Source: an uncultured SAR86 cluster bacterium (GTDB lineage: Bacteria; Pseudomonadota; Gammaproteobacteria; Magnimaribacterales; AG-339-G14). Taken from it: DNA of 64,000 nt. A program made the position numbers and the translations under genes. The notes under the pieces are model-generated. The model ran no database searches. It had not been told where the DNA came from and saw nothing but the letters and a program-made list of their open reading frames with translations. The stretch covers positions 15,706 to 79,705 of the forward strand of contig CACFKX010000002.1 of assembly GCA_902566955.1 (NCBI GenBank), in the 5' to 3' direction. Position 1 is the stretch's first letter. Each line of letters starts with the position of its first letter. This document shows positions 10,344 to 21,794 of this stretch, one piece after another.

Positions 10344-11131
10344 AGAGTTTCTTCTGATCTAGCAGTAAGAACTTCGCAGCCATCATCGGTTATTGCCAAC
10401 GTATGCTCCCATTGGGCAGACAATCTTCCATCAATAGTTTCTACTGTCCAGCCATCATTTTTAGATAATTTGGTTTTATGAGTCCCAAGATTAATCATAG
10501 GTTCAATGGTAAAACACATACCTGCTTTTAATTCCATTCCAGTTCCCGGATTTCCATAGTGAAGAATTTGTGGGTCTTCATGGAAAACTTTGCCAATACC
10601 ATGCCCGCAGTAATCTCTGACAACTGAGTAGTGATTTTCTTCTGCATGTTTTTGAATCACATATCCTATGTCACCTAGGTTTATTCCCGGTTTGCATATT
10701 GCTATGGCTTTATAGAGACATTCTTGAGTAATACTCACAAGCCTTTCTGCATGAGGTTGTTTTTTTCCAACAAAAAACATCTTACTTGTATCTCCGTGGT
10801 AACCGTCTTTAATCACAGTTACATCAATATTGATAATATCCCCGTTTTTTAGGACTCTATTGTCATCAGGTATTCCGTGACAAACCACTTGATTTATTGA
10901 AGTGCAAATAGATTTTGGAAAACCATTGTAATTTAAGGGAGCAGGAATACAGTCAATTTCATTGACAATGTAATCGTGACAGATTCTATCTAACTCTCCT
11001 GTAGATACCCCTGGTTGAACGTGTTGTTCAATCATTTCCAAAGTTTGAGCTGCAAGCTTTCCTGCAACCTTCATTTTGGCTATTTCGTCAGAACTTTTAA
11101 TCATTTTTTGAGATTTTACATCATAAGTCAT
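10340..11131 (-). CDS. map: Methionine aminopeptidase type I
   Basis: 263 aa with the metal-ligand context VCHGIP, DIINIDVT, GHGIG and FTIEP. Confidence 0.95.
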   Translation of the reverse strand: MTYDVKSQKMIKSSDEIAKMKVAGKLAAQTLEMIEQHVQPGVSTGELDRICHDYIVNEIDCIPAPLNYNGFPKSICTSINQVVCHGIPDDNRVLKNGDIINIDVTVIKDGYHGDTSKMFFVGKKQPHAERLVSITQECLYKAIAICKPGINLGDIGYVIQKHAEENHYSVVRDYCGHGIGKVFHEDPQILHYGNPGTGMELKAGMCFTIEPMINLGTHKTKLSKNDGWTVETIDGRLSAQWEHTLAITDDGCEVLTARSEETL

Positions 11132-11159
11132 AGACTTATTAAGTACTCTTCATTATAGT
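11131..11159 (+). promoter_or_regulatory. Candidate sigma-70 promoter for the carAB leader (TAGACT-17-TATAGT)
   Basis: TAGACT at 11131-11136, a 17-nt spacer, then TATAGT at 11154-11159. This is the only reasonable -10 upstream of the leader hairpins. The -35 matches 4/6. Confidence 0.3.
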
Positions 11160-11193
11160 GTCCTTCTAATGCCAATAGCATTAGAAAACATCT

Positions 11194-11232
11194 AAAACGC
11201 GAGACTATAAATTTAGTTCCGCGTTTTTTTTT
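11194..11232 (+). terminator. Intrinsic-terminator-type attenuator in the carAB leader
   Basis: AAAACGCG (11194-11201) pairs with CGCGTTTT (11220-11227). The stem extends inward (GACTA/TAGTT) around a 6-nt loop and is followed by a run of 9 T (11224-11232). It ends 6 nt before the carA ATG. No upstream + strand gene exists for it to terminate. Confidence 0.6.
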
Positions 11233-11238
11233 GCCTAA

Positions 11239-12360
11239 ATGACAGAAAAAAAAGCATATTTATATCTGGATTCCGAAAGATTTTTTGAAGGTTTTTCTGT
11301 TGGAAAAAATGCTGATACTTGCGGAGAAGTTGTTTTTAATACTTCCATGTCTGGGTATCAGGAAATAATTTCTGATCCATCTTATACCGATCAAATTATT
11401 AATTTTACTTACCCTCACATAGGTAACGTAGGAACTAATGATGATGATTTAGAGTCCGATTCAAACGGATGTAATGGGGTCATCATCAGAGACCCGTCAA
11501 CAATTACAAGCAATTGGAGAAAACAGGATGATTTATCAAACTTCCTTAAGACAAAAAATATTTCAGGCATTTATGGGATTGATACTAGAAAAGTCACTCG
11601 AATAATCAGAAACGAAGGTGCAAAAGTAGGTGCCATCGTTTCCGGCAAAGATCATAAAAAGAAAGCGCTTAAATTAATTGAAGATTTTGTGCCTTTAGGT
11701 GGAAAAGATCTCGCCTCAGTTGTTTCAACGAAAAAAGTATATGAATGGAAAGAACCCTCTTGGAGGAAGGATTTCGATGATAATAATTTAAAAATAGTTG
11801 CTATTGATTTTGGAGTAAAGCACAACATTTTACGAATGCTTAAAGATAGAGGATTTCAGGTGATCGTGGTTCCAGCCAAAACAACTGCTGCAGAGATTAT
11901 GGTAATGAAGCCCGACGGAGTATTTCTCTCTAATGGACCTGGTGATCCTGAACCCTGCAAGTATGCAATTGAATGTATTAAGGAACTTAGGACAAAAAGG
12001 ATCCCAATGTTTGGCATTTGTTTAGGCCATCAACTTTTAGGATTAGCTTTGGGAATGAAAACTATCAAAATGAAGTTTGGACATCATGGCGCTAATCATC
12101 CAGTTAAAGACTTGGATTCAAATAGAGTTTTCATTACGAGCCAAAATCATGGATTTACCATTGATTCGAAATCAATTCCTGAGGATGTAAAAATTACACA
12201 CCTTTCTTTATTTGATGAAACCATTCAAGGAATAGAAACATGCGATAAAAGATGCTTCAGTTTCCAAGGACATCCCGAAGCCAGTCCCGGCCCCCAAGAA
12301 ATACAAGAATTATTTGATAAATTTTTAACAATGGTAAAAAGCAATGCCAAAAAGAAATGA
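11239..12360 (+). CDS. carA: Carbamoyl-phosphate synthase small (glutaminase) subunit
   Basis: 373 aa. [21 protein letters not shown], the catalytic GICLGHQLL and [11 protein letters not shown] align throughout with E. coli CarA. Confidence 0.96.
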   Translation: MTEKKAYLYLDSERFFEGFSVGKNADTCGEVVFNTSMSGYQEIISDPSYTDQIINFTYPHIGNVGTNDDDLESDSNGCNGVIIRDPSTITSNWRKQDDLSNFLKTKNISGIYGIDTRKVTRIIRNEGAKVGAIVSGKDHKKKALKLIEDFVPLGGKDLASVVSTKKVYEWKEPSWRKDFDDNNLKIVAIDFGVKHNILRMLKDRGFQVIVVPAKTTAAEIMVMKPDGVFLSNGPGDPEPCKYAIECIKELRTKRIPMFGICLGHQLLGLALGMKTIKMKFGHHGANHPVKDLDSNRVFITSQNHGFTIDSKSIPEDVKITHLSLFDETIQGIETCDKRCFSFQGHPEASPGPQEIQELFDKFLTMVKSNAKKK

Positions 12361-15300
12361 TTTAGATTCTATTTTGCTTATTGGAGCTGGTCCAATTGTG
12401 ATTGGTCAGGCATGTGAATTTGATTACTCTGGCGTGCAAGCATGCAAAGCTCTTCGAGAAGAGGGATATAGAGTGATTTTGGTGAATTCTAATCCTGCAA
12501 CAATAATGACCGATCCTGAGACCGCTGACTCAACCTATATAGAACCTATTAATTGGAAGACATTAGAAAAGATAATCGAAAAAGAAAAACCATCAGCACT
12601 TTTACCGACAATGGGAGGACAAACAGCCTTAAATACTGCTTTAGATCTGGATCAAAAAGGTATTTTGAAAAAAAATAACGTCGAGTTGATAGGAGCCACT
12701 AAGGAAGCTATCGATAAGGCAGAAGACAGAGAACTGTTTGCAAAAGCGATTAAAAAAATAGGTTTAAAGACTCCAAAAGCTGGATTAGCGCATAATCTAG
12801 AGGAAGCACTTAAAATCCAACAGCAAATTGGTTTCCCTTGCATTCTTAGACCAAATTTCACTCTCGGTGGCATGGGCGGTGGAATAGCTTATAACTCTGA
12901 AGAGTTCGAATCCATATGTTTAAGAGGTTTGGATTTATCGCCAACTTCTGAGCTATATATAGATCAGTATCTCTCGGGCTGGAAAGAATACGAAATGGAG
13001 GTTGTAAGGGATAAAGTGGATAACTGCATAATTATTTGTAGCATAGAAAACTTCGATCCTATGGGGGTGCATACAGGAGACTCCATTACTGTTGCACCTG
13101 CTCAAACGTTAACGGACAAGGAATATCAAGAAATGAGAAATGCTTCTTTTGCCATTCTCAGAGAAATAGGAGTGGAAACCGGCGGCTCAAATGTTCAGTT
13201 CGCTATAAATCCAGAAGATGGAGAAATGGTGGTTATTGAGATGAATCCAAGAGTCTCCAGGTCTTCAGCTCTAGCATCGAAAGCAACAGGATTTCCCATA
13301 GCTAAAATCGCAGCAAAATTAGCTGTTGGGTTTACATTAGATGAATTAAGTAATGATATCAGTGGAGGAAATATTCCAGCTTCTTTCGAGCCAACTATTG
13401 ATTATGTGGTGACTAAAATACCCAGATTTAACTTTGAAAAATTCCCTCAAGCTGATTCCACTCTAACTTCTCAAATGAAATCTGTTGGTGAAGTGATGGC
13501 GATAGGAAGTAACTTTGCAGAGTCATTACAAAAAGCTATAAGAGGAATGGAGAATGGAAAGACAGGTTTTGACAACATAGAGGAAGAATTAACAAAGACT
13601 AATTTGAGATCAAAATTAATATCTCCTTCTCCTGAAAGACTTTGGTTTATTGGCGAAGCTTTTAGACAAGGTAATTCTCTGCAAGAAGTGCATGATTTAA
13701 CTAAAATAGATAAGTGGTTTCTTCAAACCATTGAGGAGATTATTTCTGCTGAGAAAAAAATAAATAAAAAATCTTTGTCTTCTAGAGATTTCTTTTTGAA
13801 TCTCAAAAAAATGGGTTTTTCTGATCAGCGTTTAGCAGCTCTTTCAGCTCAGTCAGAAGAAAAAATTAGATCTTTAAGACAGAAGCTAAATATTAAACCT
13901 GTCTTTAAGAGAGTTGATACATGTGCAGGAGAGTTTGAAACTACCACAGCTTATATGTATTCAACATATCAAGACGAATGTGAATCAAACCCAACAGAAG
14001 ATAAAAAAGTAGTTGTTCTAGGAGGAGGGCCAAACAGGATCGGTCAGGGCATAGAGTTTGATTACTGTTGCGTTCATGCATCAATGGCAATGAAAGAAGA
14101 AGGGTATGAAACAATAATGGTTAATTGTAATCCTGAAACTGTTTCAACTGACTACGATACTTCCGATAGATTGTATTTTGAACCAATTACTCTTGAAGAT
14201 GTTCTTGCAATAATTGAATTAGAAAATCCTTTTGGTGTAATCATTCAATTTGGAGGACAAACTCCACTAAAACTAGCACAAGAGCTAGAAAAAAATAATG
14301 TCCCAATTCTTGGAACTTCACCAGATAAAATAGACCTTGCGGAGGACAGAGAAAGGTTTCAACAATTCGTTAATGAAAATAATTTAAAGCAGCCTCCAAA
14401 TGGGATGGCCTCAAATAAGTCTCAAGCTAAATCTATCGCACATCAAATTGGTTACCCTATAGTTGTAAGACCTTCATATGTCCTTGGCGGAAGAGCCATG
14501 GAGATTGTGCATAACGATAATGATTTAGAAAAATATCTGGATGAAGCCATACAAGCTTCTGATTCTAACCCCGTACTTTTGGATAGATTTCTAGATATTG
14601 CTACTGAGTTGGATATTGAAGCGATTTCCGATGGAAGCCAAGTTGAAATATATGGTGTTATGCAACACATTGAGCAAGCAGGAATCCATTCAGGCGATTC
14701 AGCTTGTTCTCTTCCTCCTTACAGTCTCCCAGACAAAGTTATAAAGAAAATCAAGGATCAAGTGAGAGTCATTGCAAAGGAAATGGATATTATTGGATTA
14801 ATGAACGTTCAAATGGCATATGCCAACGAGGAAATATTTCTATTGGAAGTTAACCCCAGAGCTTCAAGGACAATACCATTTGTTTCCAAGGCTATTGGAC
14901 TTCCTCTCGCAAAAATAGCTTCCAAGACAATGATTGGAAAGTCACTTAAGCAACAAAAAATAAAAAATCCTTCAAATTTAAATCATTTTTCGGTTAAAGA
15001 AGCAGTACTTCCTTTTGATAGATTCCAAAACGTTGATCCTATTTTAGGTCCAGAAATGAAATCTACCGGGGAAGTAATGGGTATAGGTACATCATTCGCC
15101 GAGGCATATGATAAATCTCAAATCTCAGCCGGAACAATTATCCCAGATGGAGGGTCGGTATTTCTTAGCGTTAGAGAGAACGATAAACCTCATCTTGAAG
15201 AGCTCGCAACAAGGCTAGATCAATTGAACCTATCTATTGTGGCCACTAAGGGAACTGCTAGAGAGATTCAAAACATGGGGATTAAAGCAAGAATAATAAA

Positions 15301-15547
15301 TAAAGTAGCAGAGGGAAGACCACATGTTGTTGATTTAATTAAAAACAATGAAATTTCTTTGTTAATTAATACGACGGAAGGTAAAGAATCTATCCAGGAT
15401 TCTTCTTCTATCAGAAGAACTGCTCTAGATAATAAAATTCCATGTACGACAACTTTGCAAGGTGGTTTAGCCATATGCGAGGTCCTAGAAAAGAGACTTG
15501 ATTGGTCCGTCCAAAACATTCAAGATATTCATAAAAGTATTGAATAA
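12344..15547 (+). CDS. carB: Carbamoyl-phosphate synthase large subunit
   Basis: 1067 aa with duplicated ATP-grasp halves ([21 protein letters not shown] / [20 protein letters not shown]) and a C-terminal MGS-like domain. Confidence 0.97.
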   Translation: MPKRNDLDSILLIGAGPIVIGQACEFDYSGVQACKALREEGYRVILVNSNPATIMTDPETADSTYIEPINWKTLEKIIEKEKPSALLPTMGGQTALNTALDLDQKGILKKNNVELIGATKEAIDKAEDRELFAKAIKKIGLKTPKAGLAHNLEEALKIQQQIGFPCILRPNFTLGGMGGGIAYNSEEFESICLRGLDLSPTSELYIDQYLSGWKEYEMEVVRDKVDNCIIICSIENFDPMGVHTGDSITVAPAQTLTDKEYQEMRNASFAILREIGVETGGSNVQFAINPEDGEMVVIEMNPRVSRSSALASKATGFPIAKIAAKLAVGFTLDELSNDISGGNIPASFEPTIDYVVTKIPRFNFEKFPQADSTLTSQMKSVGEVMAIGSNFAESLQKAIRGMENGKTGFDNIEEELTKTNLRSKLISPSPERLWFIGEAFRQGNSLQEVHDLTKIDKWFLQTIEEIISAEKKINKKSLSSRDFFLNLKKMGFSDQRLAALSAQSEEKIRSLRQKLNIKPVFKRVDTCAGEFETTTAYMYSTYQDECESNPTEDKKVVVLGGGPNRIGQGIEFDYCCVHASMAMKEEGYETIMVNCNPETVSTDYDTSDRLYFEPITLEDVLAIIELENPFGVIIQFGGQTPLKLAQELEKNNVPILGTSPDKIDLAEDRERFQQFVNENNLKQPPNGMASNKSQAKSIAHQIGYPIVVRPSYVLGGRAMEIVHNDNDLEKYLDEAIQASDSNPVLLDRFLDIATELDIEAISDGSQVEIYGVMQHIEQAGIHSGDSACSLPPYSLPDKVIKKIKDQVRVIAKEMDIIGLMNVQMAYANEEIFLLEVNPRASRTIPFVSKAIGLPLAKIASKTMIGKSLKQQKIKNPSNLNHFSVKEAVLPFDRFQNVDPILGPEMKSTGEVMGIGTSFAEAYDKSQISAGTIIPDGGSVFLSVRENDKPHLEELATRLDQLNLSIVATKGTAREIQNMGIKARIINKVAEGRPHVVDLIKNNEISLLINTTEGKESIQDSSSIRRTALDNKIPCTTTLQGGLAICEVLEKRLDWSVQNIQDIHKSIE

Positions 15548-15549
15548 AA

Positions 15550-16026
15550 TTGAACAGAGAGCCAATGACAGTCGAGGGAGAAGAAAGCCTTCGAACGGAA
15601 TTACAGCATCTAATTACAGATGTTAGACCAAACATTACCAAAAAAATTGCCGAAGCAAGAGAATTTGGCGATCTTAAAGAAAATGCCGAATATCATGCTG
15701 CCAAAGAACAGCAAGGTCTTACCGAAGCGAGGATAAGAGAAATTGAAGGAAAATTAAGTGCATCTCAAATTATAGATATCAAAAAAATTGAATGTACAGG
15801 AAGGGTTATTTTTGGATCTACGGTATCCATCCTGGATATGCAAAACGATGAAAAAATCAGCTATCAAATTGTAGGCGAGGATGAAGCAAACGTGAAAAAT
15901 GGAAAAATATCTTATTCCTCACCTTTGGCAAGATCTCTCATAGGTAAAGAAGAAGGAGAAGCTACAAAATTTGAAAGTCCCTCTGGCATCAAAGAGTATG
16001 AGATCCTAGAGGTTTCTCACATTTAA
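15550..16026 (+). CDS. greA: Transcription elongation factor GreA
   Basis: [22 protein letters not shown] matches E. coli GreA. The TTG at 15550 aligns with the E. coli MQAIPMT N-terminus. The alternative ATG at 15565 is also possible. Confidence 0.93.
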   Translation: MNREPMTVEGEESLRTELQHLITDVRPNITKKIAEAREFGDLKENAEYHAAKEQQGLTEARIREIEGKLSASQIIDIKKIECTGRVIFGSTVSILDMQNDEKISYQIVGEDEANVKNGKISYSSPLARSLIGKEEGEATKFESPSGIKEYEILEVSHI

Positions 16027-16599
16027 ATGTCATATTCAGGAGGCGAGCACTTTAATAAGCTTGCTAAGTCCAGAGGGTATAGATCGAGAGCAGCCTTTAA
16101 GCTTCATCAAATAAATAACAAATTCAATCTTCTCAAAAAGGGTTGCTTTGTGATGGACTTAGGTAGTTCTCCAGGCGGTTGGAGTCAAGTAGCAAAAGAA
16201 TTAGTAGGCAATTCAGGAAAAGTATTTGCTTTAGATATCATTCCAATGAAACCCATAAATGGGGTTGAATTTATAGAATTTGATTTTAGGGATAAAGATA
16301 TAAAGAAATTTATTAATCTTGATTTTAATGTTGTAATTTCTGATATTGCGCCCAATATAAGTGGTATTGCTATTACAGATAAAGAAAACATGCTTGAACT
16401 ATTAAATAATGTCGTTGATTTCTGTAACTCCTCTTTAATGAAAGGAGGTTCTCTGATAGCAAAATGTTTTGAAAATTCAAAAAATGATCTAAAAAGATCT
16501 TTATTAAACCATTTCAGTAACGTAACTTTTTATAAGCCAGATGCATCAAGAAAAATATCTAAAGAAATTTATGTTATTGCACAAAATAAATTGAAATAA
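16027..16599 (+). CDS. rlmE: 23S rRNA U2552 2'-O-methyltransferase
   Basis: 190 aa with YRSRAAFKL...DLGSSPGGWSQV (FtsJ SAM motif). Lies upstream of ftsH as in E. coli and Pseudomonas. Confidence 0.9.
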   Translation: MSYSGGEHFNKLAKSRGYRSRAAFKLHQINNKFNLLKKGCFVMDLGSSPGGWSQVAKELVGNSGKVFALDIIPMKPINGVEFIEFDFRDKDIKKFINLDFNVVISDIAPNISGIAITDKENMLELLNNVVDFCNSSLMKGGSLIAKCFENSKNDLKRSLLNHFSNVTFYKPDASRKISKEIYVIAQNKLK

Positions 16600-16602
16600 G
16601 TT

Positions 16603-18507
16603 ATGTCAGATTTTCTAAGAAATATTTTCCTTTGGTTGGCAATTGCAGGTACTACCTTTTTTGTTATTCAAAGTCTTTCGGGTCCAGCAACTTCATCTTC
16701 GATGAATTATTCAGAGTTTGTGTCTCTTGTAAATTCAGATCAAGTTTCATCTGTAGAGTTCAAAGGCGATGGATATACACTTGAAGGTACACTTCAAGAT
16801 GGTTCTCAATTTAAAACAACACGTCCTGTCTATGTGCAAGATAATCAATTGATGGATGATCTTTTCGAACATAGAGTTCAAGTATTAGGCGAAGAGCCAC
16901 AACAAGAAAGTATTTGGACTCAATTGTTGGTTGCAAGTTTTCCAATTCTAATAATTATTGCAATTTTCATGTTTTTTATGAGACAGATGCAAGGCGGAAT
17001 GGGCGGCAGAGGTGGTCCTATGAGCTTTGGTCGAAGTAAGGCTAAACTCCTTGAAGGTGGTAAAGTTAAAACTACATTTGCAGATGTAGCCGGGGTTGAA
17101 GAAGCAAAAGAGGAAGTGCAGGAATTAGTCGATTTCTTAAGAGATCCATCAAAATTTCAAAAATTAGGAGGAAAGATTCCTCGAGGAATTTTAATGGTTG
17201 GATCTCCTGGAACAGGTAAAACTTTGTTAGCTCGTGCTATAGCAGGTGAAGCAAAAGTTCCTTTTTTCTCAATATCAGGGTCTGATTTTGTCGAAATGTT
17301 TGTTGGAGTTGGTGCTTCAAGAGTGAGAGACATGTTTGAGCAAGCTAAAAGACAGTCACCATGTATTGTGTTTATAGATGAGATCGATGCTGTTGGAAGA
17401 CATCGTGGTGCGGGTCTCGGAGGAGGACATGATGAAAGAGAACAAACACTAAACCAACTTCTTGTAGAGATGGATGGTTTTGAAGCTAATGAAGGAATCA
17501 TCATAATTGCAGCAACAAATAGACCTGATGTTCTAGACCCAGCTCTTTTAAGGCCTGGTAGATTTGATAGACAGGTTGTCGTTCCTTTGCCAGATATCAA
17601 AGGTAGAGAGCAAATACTCAAAGTACATATTCGAAAAGTGCCAGTAGATAAGGATGTCGAAGTATCCTTTATTGCAAGAGGTACTCCAGGATTTTCAGGT
17701 GCTGATTTAGCTAACTTAGTTAACGAAGCTGCTTTGTTTTCTGCTCGAGCAGGAAAAAAGAAAGTCACTATGGAAGAGCTTGAGTTGGCTAAAGACAAAG
17801 TCATGATGGGTGCAGAAAGAAAGTCCATGGTTATGAATGAAGCCGATAAAATTAAGACGGCTTACCACGAATCCGGTCATGCAATTGTTGGAAGATTGCT
17901 TGAAGAGCATGATCCAGTTTACAAGGTATCTATTATTCCACGAGGAAGAGCTTTGGGAGTGACTGTTTTTCTACCTGAAGAGGATAAGTACAGTAACAGC
18001 AAACAAGAAATTCTCGATAGAATTTGTGGTTTATTTGGTGGCAGGATAGCAGAAGAATTAATCTATGGTGATAAAGGCATTACCACTGGTGCTTCTAATG
18101 ACATTGAAAGAGCTACGGATTTAGCAAGAAACATGGTCACTAAATGGGGCTTATCAACTGCAATTGGACCTATGAAATACGACGAAGAATCTGACGAACC
18201 TTTTCTCGGAAGATCGGCCAGTTCGCAATCTAAAGGAATTTCTGATCAAACTGCAGAGAAGATTGATAAAGAGATCAAGAAAATTATCGATGATTGTTAC
18301 AAAAGAGCAACCAAAATTCTTAAGGAGAATATTGATAAACTTCATTTAATGTCTGAGTCTTTAGTCGAGTTGGAAACTCTTGATACAGCACAAATTGATG
18401 ACATTATGGCAGGGGCCAAACCAAGACGAGAGTCAGATGATGATTCTGCTCCAAAGAATACTGGTAAGAAAAGCTCCTCTATAGAAGAACCTGCAAATCA
18501 AACTTAA
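16603..18507 (+). CDS. ftsH: ATP-dependent zinc metalloprotease FtsH
   Basis: 634 aa with Walker [32 protein letters not shown] and the HESGH zinc site. Confidence 0.97.
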   Translation: MSDFLRNIFLWLAIAGTTFFVIQSLSGPATSSSMNYSEFVSLVNSDQVSSVEFKGDGYTLEGTLQDGSQFKTTRPVYVQDNQLMDDLFEHRVQVLGEEPQQESIWTQLLVASFPILIIIAIFMFFMRQMQGGMGGRGGPMSFGRSKAKLLEGGKVKTTFADVAGVEEAKEEVQELVDFLRDPSKFQKLGGKIPRGILMVGSPGTGKTLLARAIAGEAKVPFFSISGSDFVEMFVGVGASRVRDMFEQAKRQSPCIVFIDEIDAVGRHRGAGLGGGHDEREQTLNQLLVEMDGFEANEGIIIIAATNRPDVLDPALLRPGRFDRQVVVPLPDIKGREQILKVHIRKVPVDKDVEVSFIARGTPGFSGADLANLVNEAALFSARAGKKKVTMEELELAKDKVMMGAERKSMVMNEADKIKTAYHESGHAIVGRLLEEHDPVYKVSIIPRGRALGVTVFLPEEDKYSNSKQEILDRICGLFGGRIAEELIYGDKGITTGASNDIERATDLARNMVTKWGLSTAIGPMKYDEESDEPFLGRSASSQSKGISDQTAEKIDKEIKKIIDDCYKRATKILKENIDKLHLMSESLVELETLDTAQIDDIMAGAKPRRESDDDSAPKNTGKKSSSIEEPANQT

Positions 18508-18508
18508 T

Positions 18509-19321
18509 ATGCCTTCTTTATCTGGGAGCCTCATAAAAGAGTCTCCTAGATTAATGGGTGTAATAAATCTAACTACCGATTCATTTTCAGATGGAGGTCA
18601 TCTATTCTCCGGCAATAAGGTTGATTTATCGAAAGCACTTAGAAAAGTTGAAAAACTTATAAATGAAGGCGCCGATATTCTAGATTTCGGAGCTGAGTCC
18701 ACAAGGCCAGGTTTCACTGAAATTCCTTCTCAAGTCCAAATTGATAGATTGATACCGATACTAGAACAGATTAAGGATGAAGATATTATGATTTCTGTTG
18801 ATTCAAGGGATTATAAAGTTCTCTACGAAGCTTCTAAATTTGGAATGAAATTCATAAACGATGTATCAAGGAACATATCTCAAAAGAAGTTAAATTTAGC
18901 AAAAGAAAAAGAACTTTTCATATGCACAACTCATCATGGGAATAAAACAAAAAAAACATCAAATATTCTTATAGATGTGAATAATTTCTTTCAAGCTAAA
19001 GAAAAATCATATCTTTCGAAAGGCATAAATATCAAACAATGTTTTTTTGACCCTGGGTTTGGTTATGGGAAAACACCCCTGGAGAATATATTCATAATGA
19101 CTAATATAAATTTTTTCAAAAAAGAAAATAGGAAAATACTTACTGGAACTTCAAGGAAGAAATCTTTTGCAGATTTCTTTAAGGATACCTCAAAAACTAA
19201 ACTATCAGCTAGCTTACTGAGTGGTATAATTTGTGCTCTAGGCGGGAGCAATATAATTAGAAGTCACGAAGTTAAACACCTTCGAGAGGAATTAGAAAAA
19301 TTAGGTATTTATGAGAGATAG
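18509..19321 (+). CDS. folP: Dihydropteroate synthase
   Basis: 270 aa with GVINLTTDSFSDGG and DFGAESTRPG pterin-binding motifs. The ftsH-folP-glmM order is conserved. Confidence 0.88.
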   Translation: MPSLSGSLIKESPRLMGVINLTTDSFSDGGHLFSGNKVDLSKALRKVEKLINEGADILDFGAESTRPGFTEIPSQVQIDRLIPILEQIKDEDIMISVDSRDYKVLYEASKFGMKFINDVSRNISQKKLNLAKEKELFICTTHHGNKTKKTSNILIDVNNFFQAKEKSYLSKGINIKQCFFDPGFGYGKTPLENIFIMTNINFFKKENRKILTGTSRKKSFADFFKDTSKTKLSASLLSGIICALGGSNIIRSHEVKHLREELEKLGIYER

Positions 19322-20660
19322 AAAACTAATATTTTTTGGTACCGACGGTGTAAGAGGATCCATAGATAATGAAGTTAATCCAGAGTCAGTCCTTAAACTT
19401 GGCCATGCTGCAGGGAGACATTTCAAAAAAAAGGGAATTAACACTTTAGTAATCGGAAAAGACACAAGAATTTCCGGATACATGCTGGAGTCTGCCCTTC
19501 AAGCTGGAATTATTTCATCTGGAGTAAATGTCAGATTAGTAGGCCCTATGCCAACGCCAGCAATTTCATATCTGGTATCTACTTTCAAAGGACATGCTGG
19601 AGTGGTAATAAGTGCCTCACATAATTCATTTGAAGATAATGGCATTAAATTTTTTGATGAAAATGGCGAAAAGTTATCCATTGAGAATGAAAGAGAAATA
19701 GAAAAATTTGCTGAAGAAGCCTATGAATTCGTGCATCCTGAAAATCTTGGCAAGGCAGCAAGGATTAGTGATGCAAAAGGTAGATACATTGAATTTTGTA
19801 AGAATACTTTAAGTGAAGATATTTCATTTTCAGGTCTAACTCTTGTCATCGACTCTGCTAATGGCGCTGCCTATGAAGTTGCACCTAAAGTATTTAAAGA
19901 GTTAGGAGCCGAAGTTTATTCGATTGCTGATAGTCCGGATGGTTTAAACATTAACAAAGATTGTGGAAGCACCAACATAGATATTTTAAAAGATGAAGTT
20001 TTAAACAAAAATGCAGATTTTGGCATTGCTCTTGATGGTGACGGAGATAGATTAATTATTATTGATTCAAACGGTCGAGAATTAGATGGAGACGATATTT
20101 TATATGTCATCGCAAAAAATAAATTTGAGTCAAAAATCCATCTTGGCGTTAAAGGTGTAGTTGGCACTCTCATGACAAACAAAGGGTTAGAGAAAGCCTT
20201 TAACGATGAAGGTATTGAGTTGGTGAGATCGGATGTTGGAGATAAGTATGTTTTACAAAAGTTAAATGAACTTAACTGGACTCTTGGAGGAGAACAGTCT
20301 GGACATATTCTTTGTCTAGATAAATCAAATACTGGAGATGGAATAATCGCTGCGATTCAGTTTCTGCAATCAATTGTAGTTTTAAATAAAACAATACCCG
20401 AATTACTTTCAGAGTTTAAAAAATATCCTCAAATCCTTACTAATGTAAAAGTTAAGGATGGAAATAAAGTTTTAAAAAATAAAAAATTACAGAAAGCTCA
20501 AAAAAAATCAGAAGAGTTATTAGAAACTTTTGATGGCAGAGTACTGATAAGAAAATCTGGCACAGAACACAAGATTAGAATAATGGTTGAAAGTAATTCT
20601 CAGGAAGCAACTTCAGAGCAATCAGCTTTATTAACTGATCTTGTAGAATCAATTTCATGA
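19311..20660 (+). CDS. glmM: Phosphoglucosamine mutase
   Basis: 449 aa with FGTDGVRG, the active-site SASHN and DGDGDR. Confidence 0.95.
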   Translation: MRDRKLIFFGTDGVRGSIDNEVNPESVLKLGHAAGRHFKKKGINTLVIGKDTRISGYMLESALQAGIISSGVNVRLVGPMPTPAISYLVSTFKGHAGVVISASHNSFEDNGIKFFDENGEKLSIENEREIEKFAEEAYEFVHPENLGKAARISDAKGRYIEFCKNTLSEDISFSGLTLVIDSANGAAYEVAPKVFKELGAEVYSIADSPDGLNINKDCGSTNIDILKDEVLNKNADFGIALDGDGDRLIIIDSNGRELDGDDILYVIAKNKFESKIHLGVKGVVGTLMTNKGLEKAFNDEGIELVRSDVGDKYVLQKLNELNWTLGGEQSGHILCLDKSNTGDGIIAAIQFLQSIVVLNKTIPELLSEFKKYPQILTNVKVKDGNKVLKNKKLQKAQKKSEELLETFDGRVLIRKSGTEHKIRIMVESNSQEATSEQSALLTDLVESIS

Positions 20661-21385
20661 AGCATTTAGTTGCAAATTGGAAAATGAACTTTGTAAATCT
20701 GGATGCATGGCTGAAAGATTTTGATCTAAATAATATCTCAGAAGAAATTAAGCTAGTTATTTGTCCTAACTATCTGGATATAAAAGATTTTTATAAAAAA
20801 TCATTGGAAACTCACAAAAAAATTTTAATTGGTTCTCAAAATTTATCCTCAGAGACTGAGGGCGCATTTACTGGTCAAATATCAGGAAAAATGCTTAGAA
20901 ACATTGGAGCTTCTTACTCGATAGTTGGCCATTCGGAGTGTAGGCTTCAAGGCGAAGACGATGAAACTATCCTGAATAAAGTCCAAAAAGCTATAGAGTG
21001 TGAACTCATACCTATTTTGTGCATAGGTGAAAATCAGGAGGAATACTCAAAAGGTAGAACAGAAAATAAAATAAAACATCAATTAACTGAAAATTTATTT
21101 CCTCTTAAAAACTTATCAAATAGTGTTCTGATTGCCTACGAACCCATTTACGCCATTGGTTCAGGAATAGCTGTCCAAAACGAGCATTTAGAAGAGGTTT
21201 CTCTTCTCATAAAAGATTTAGTTAGAGACAATTTAGGCAGAGATTTGACATTGATTTATGGGGGTAGTGTAACTTCAGAGAGCGCTAAGAATCTTGCCAA
21301 AGTAGACGGTATCGATGGATTTTTAGTAGGAAATGCTTCTCTTGACCCTAAAGAATTTGCTAATATCGCGCTGAGTTTAAAGTAA
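20657..21385 (+). CDS. tpiA: Triose-phosphate isomerase
   Basis: 242 aa with ANWKMN, VGHSECR, AYEPIYAIGSG and GGSV. Confidence 0.92.
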   Translation: MKHLVANWKMNFVNLDAWLKDFDLNNISEEIKLVICPNYLDIKDFYKKSLETHKKILIGSQNLSSETEGAFTGQISGKMLRNIGASYSIVGHSECRLQGEDDETILNKVQKAIECELIPILCIGENQEEYSKGRTENKIKHQLTENLFPLKNLSNSVLIAYEPIYAIGSGIAVQNEHLEEVSLLIKDLVRDNLGRDLTLIYGGSVTSESAKNLAKVDGIDGFLVGNASLDPKEFANIALSLK

Positions 21386-21699
21386 TGATTCTTTTTTTGA
21401 TTATCTTCCAAGTGATTTCCGCCATTTTATTGGTTGGAATAATTTTGTTGCAGCACGGTAAAGGAGCCGATATTGGTTCTGCATTTGGCTCTGGTTCTTC
21501 AAATCCAATGCTTGGTCCTATTGATTCAACCAATTTATTAACAAAAGTCACTTGGGTTTTAGTAGCTATATTCTTTGTTGTGACTATTTCTATATCAATA
21601 GTTCAAAAAAATGAAATTAATAATGAATTTGATTTTCTTATTGATCAAAATAATATTGAACAGATTGAAGAAGAAATTATTCAAGAATTACCAGAATAA
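21385..21699 (+). CDS. secG: Preprotein translocase subunit SecG
   Basis: 104 aa with LLQHGKGADIGSAFGSGSS. Its ATG overlaps the tpiA stop (TAATG), and it is followed by tRNA-Leu as in the E. coli secG-leuU operon. Confidence 0.85.
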   Translation: MILFLIIFQVISAILLVGIILLQHGKGADIGSAFGSGSSNPMLGPIDSTNLLTKVTWVLVAIFFVVTISISIVQKNEINNEFDFLIDQNNIEQIEEEIIQELPE

Positions 21700-21701
21700 G
21701 G

Positions 21702-21788
21702 GCCGAAGTGGTGGAACTGGTAGACACGCTATCTTGAGGGGGTAGTGGACAACTGTCCGTGGAGGTTCGAATCCTCTCTTCGGCACCA
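21702..21788 (+). tRNA. leuU: tRNA-Leu (anticodon GAG), class II long variable arm, CCA encoded
   Basis: GCCGAAGTGGTGGAA...CTATC-TTGAGGG-GGTAG...GGTTCGAATCC...CTTCGGCACCA. The cloverleaf was read by eye. It begins 2 nt after the secG stop. Confidence 0.93.
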
Positions 21789-21794
21789 ATTTAC

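Noticed and set aside
17157-17828. A 223-aa ORF on the minus strand inside ftsH. Similar antisense ORFs occur at 2851-3207, 12652-12873, 23473-23808, 25482-25757, 47646-47954, 48274-48588, 49377-49700, 51249-51536, 51965-52333 and 63327-63623.
   Set aside because: These lie entirely within, and antisense to, strongly conserved genes. Their translations are low-complexity (Ser/Pro/Ile-rich) with no recognisable motifs. This is the typical shadow-ORF artefact.
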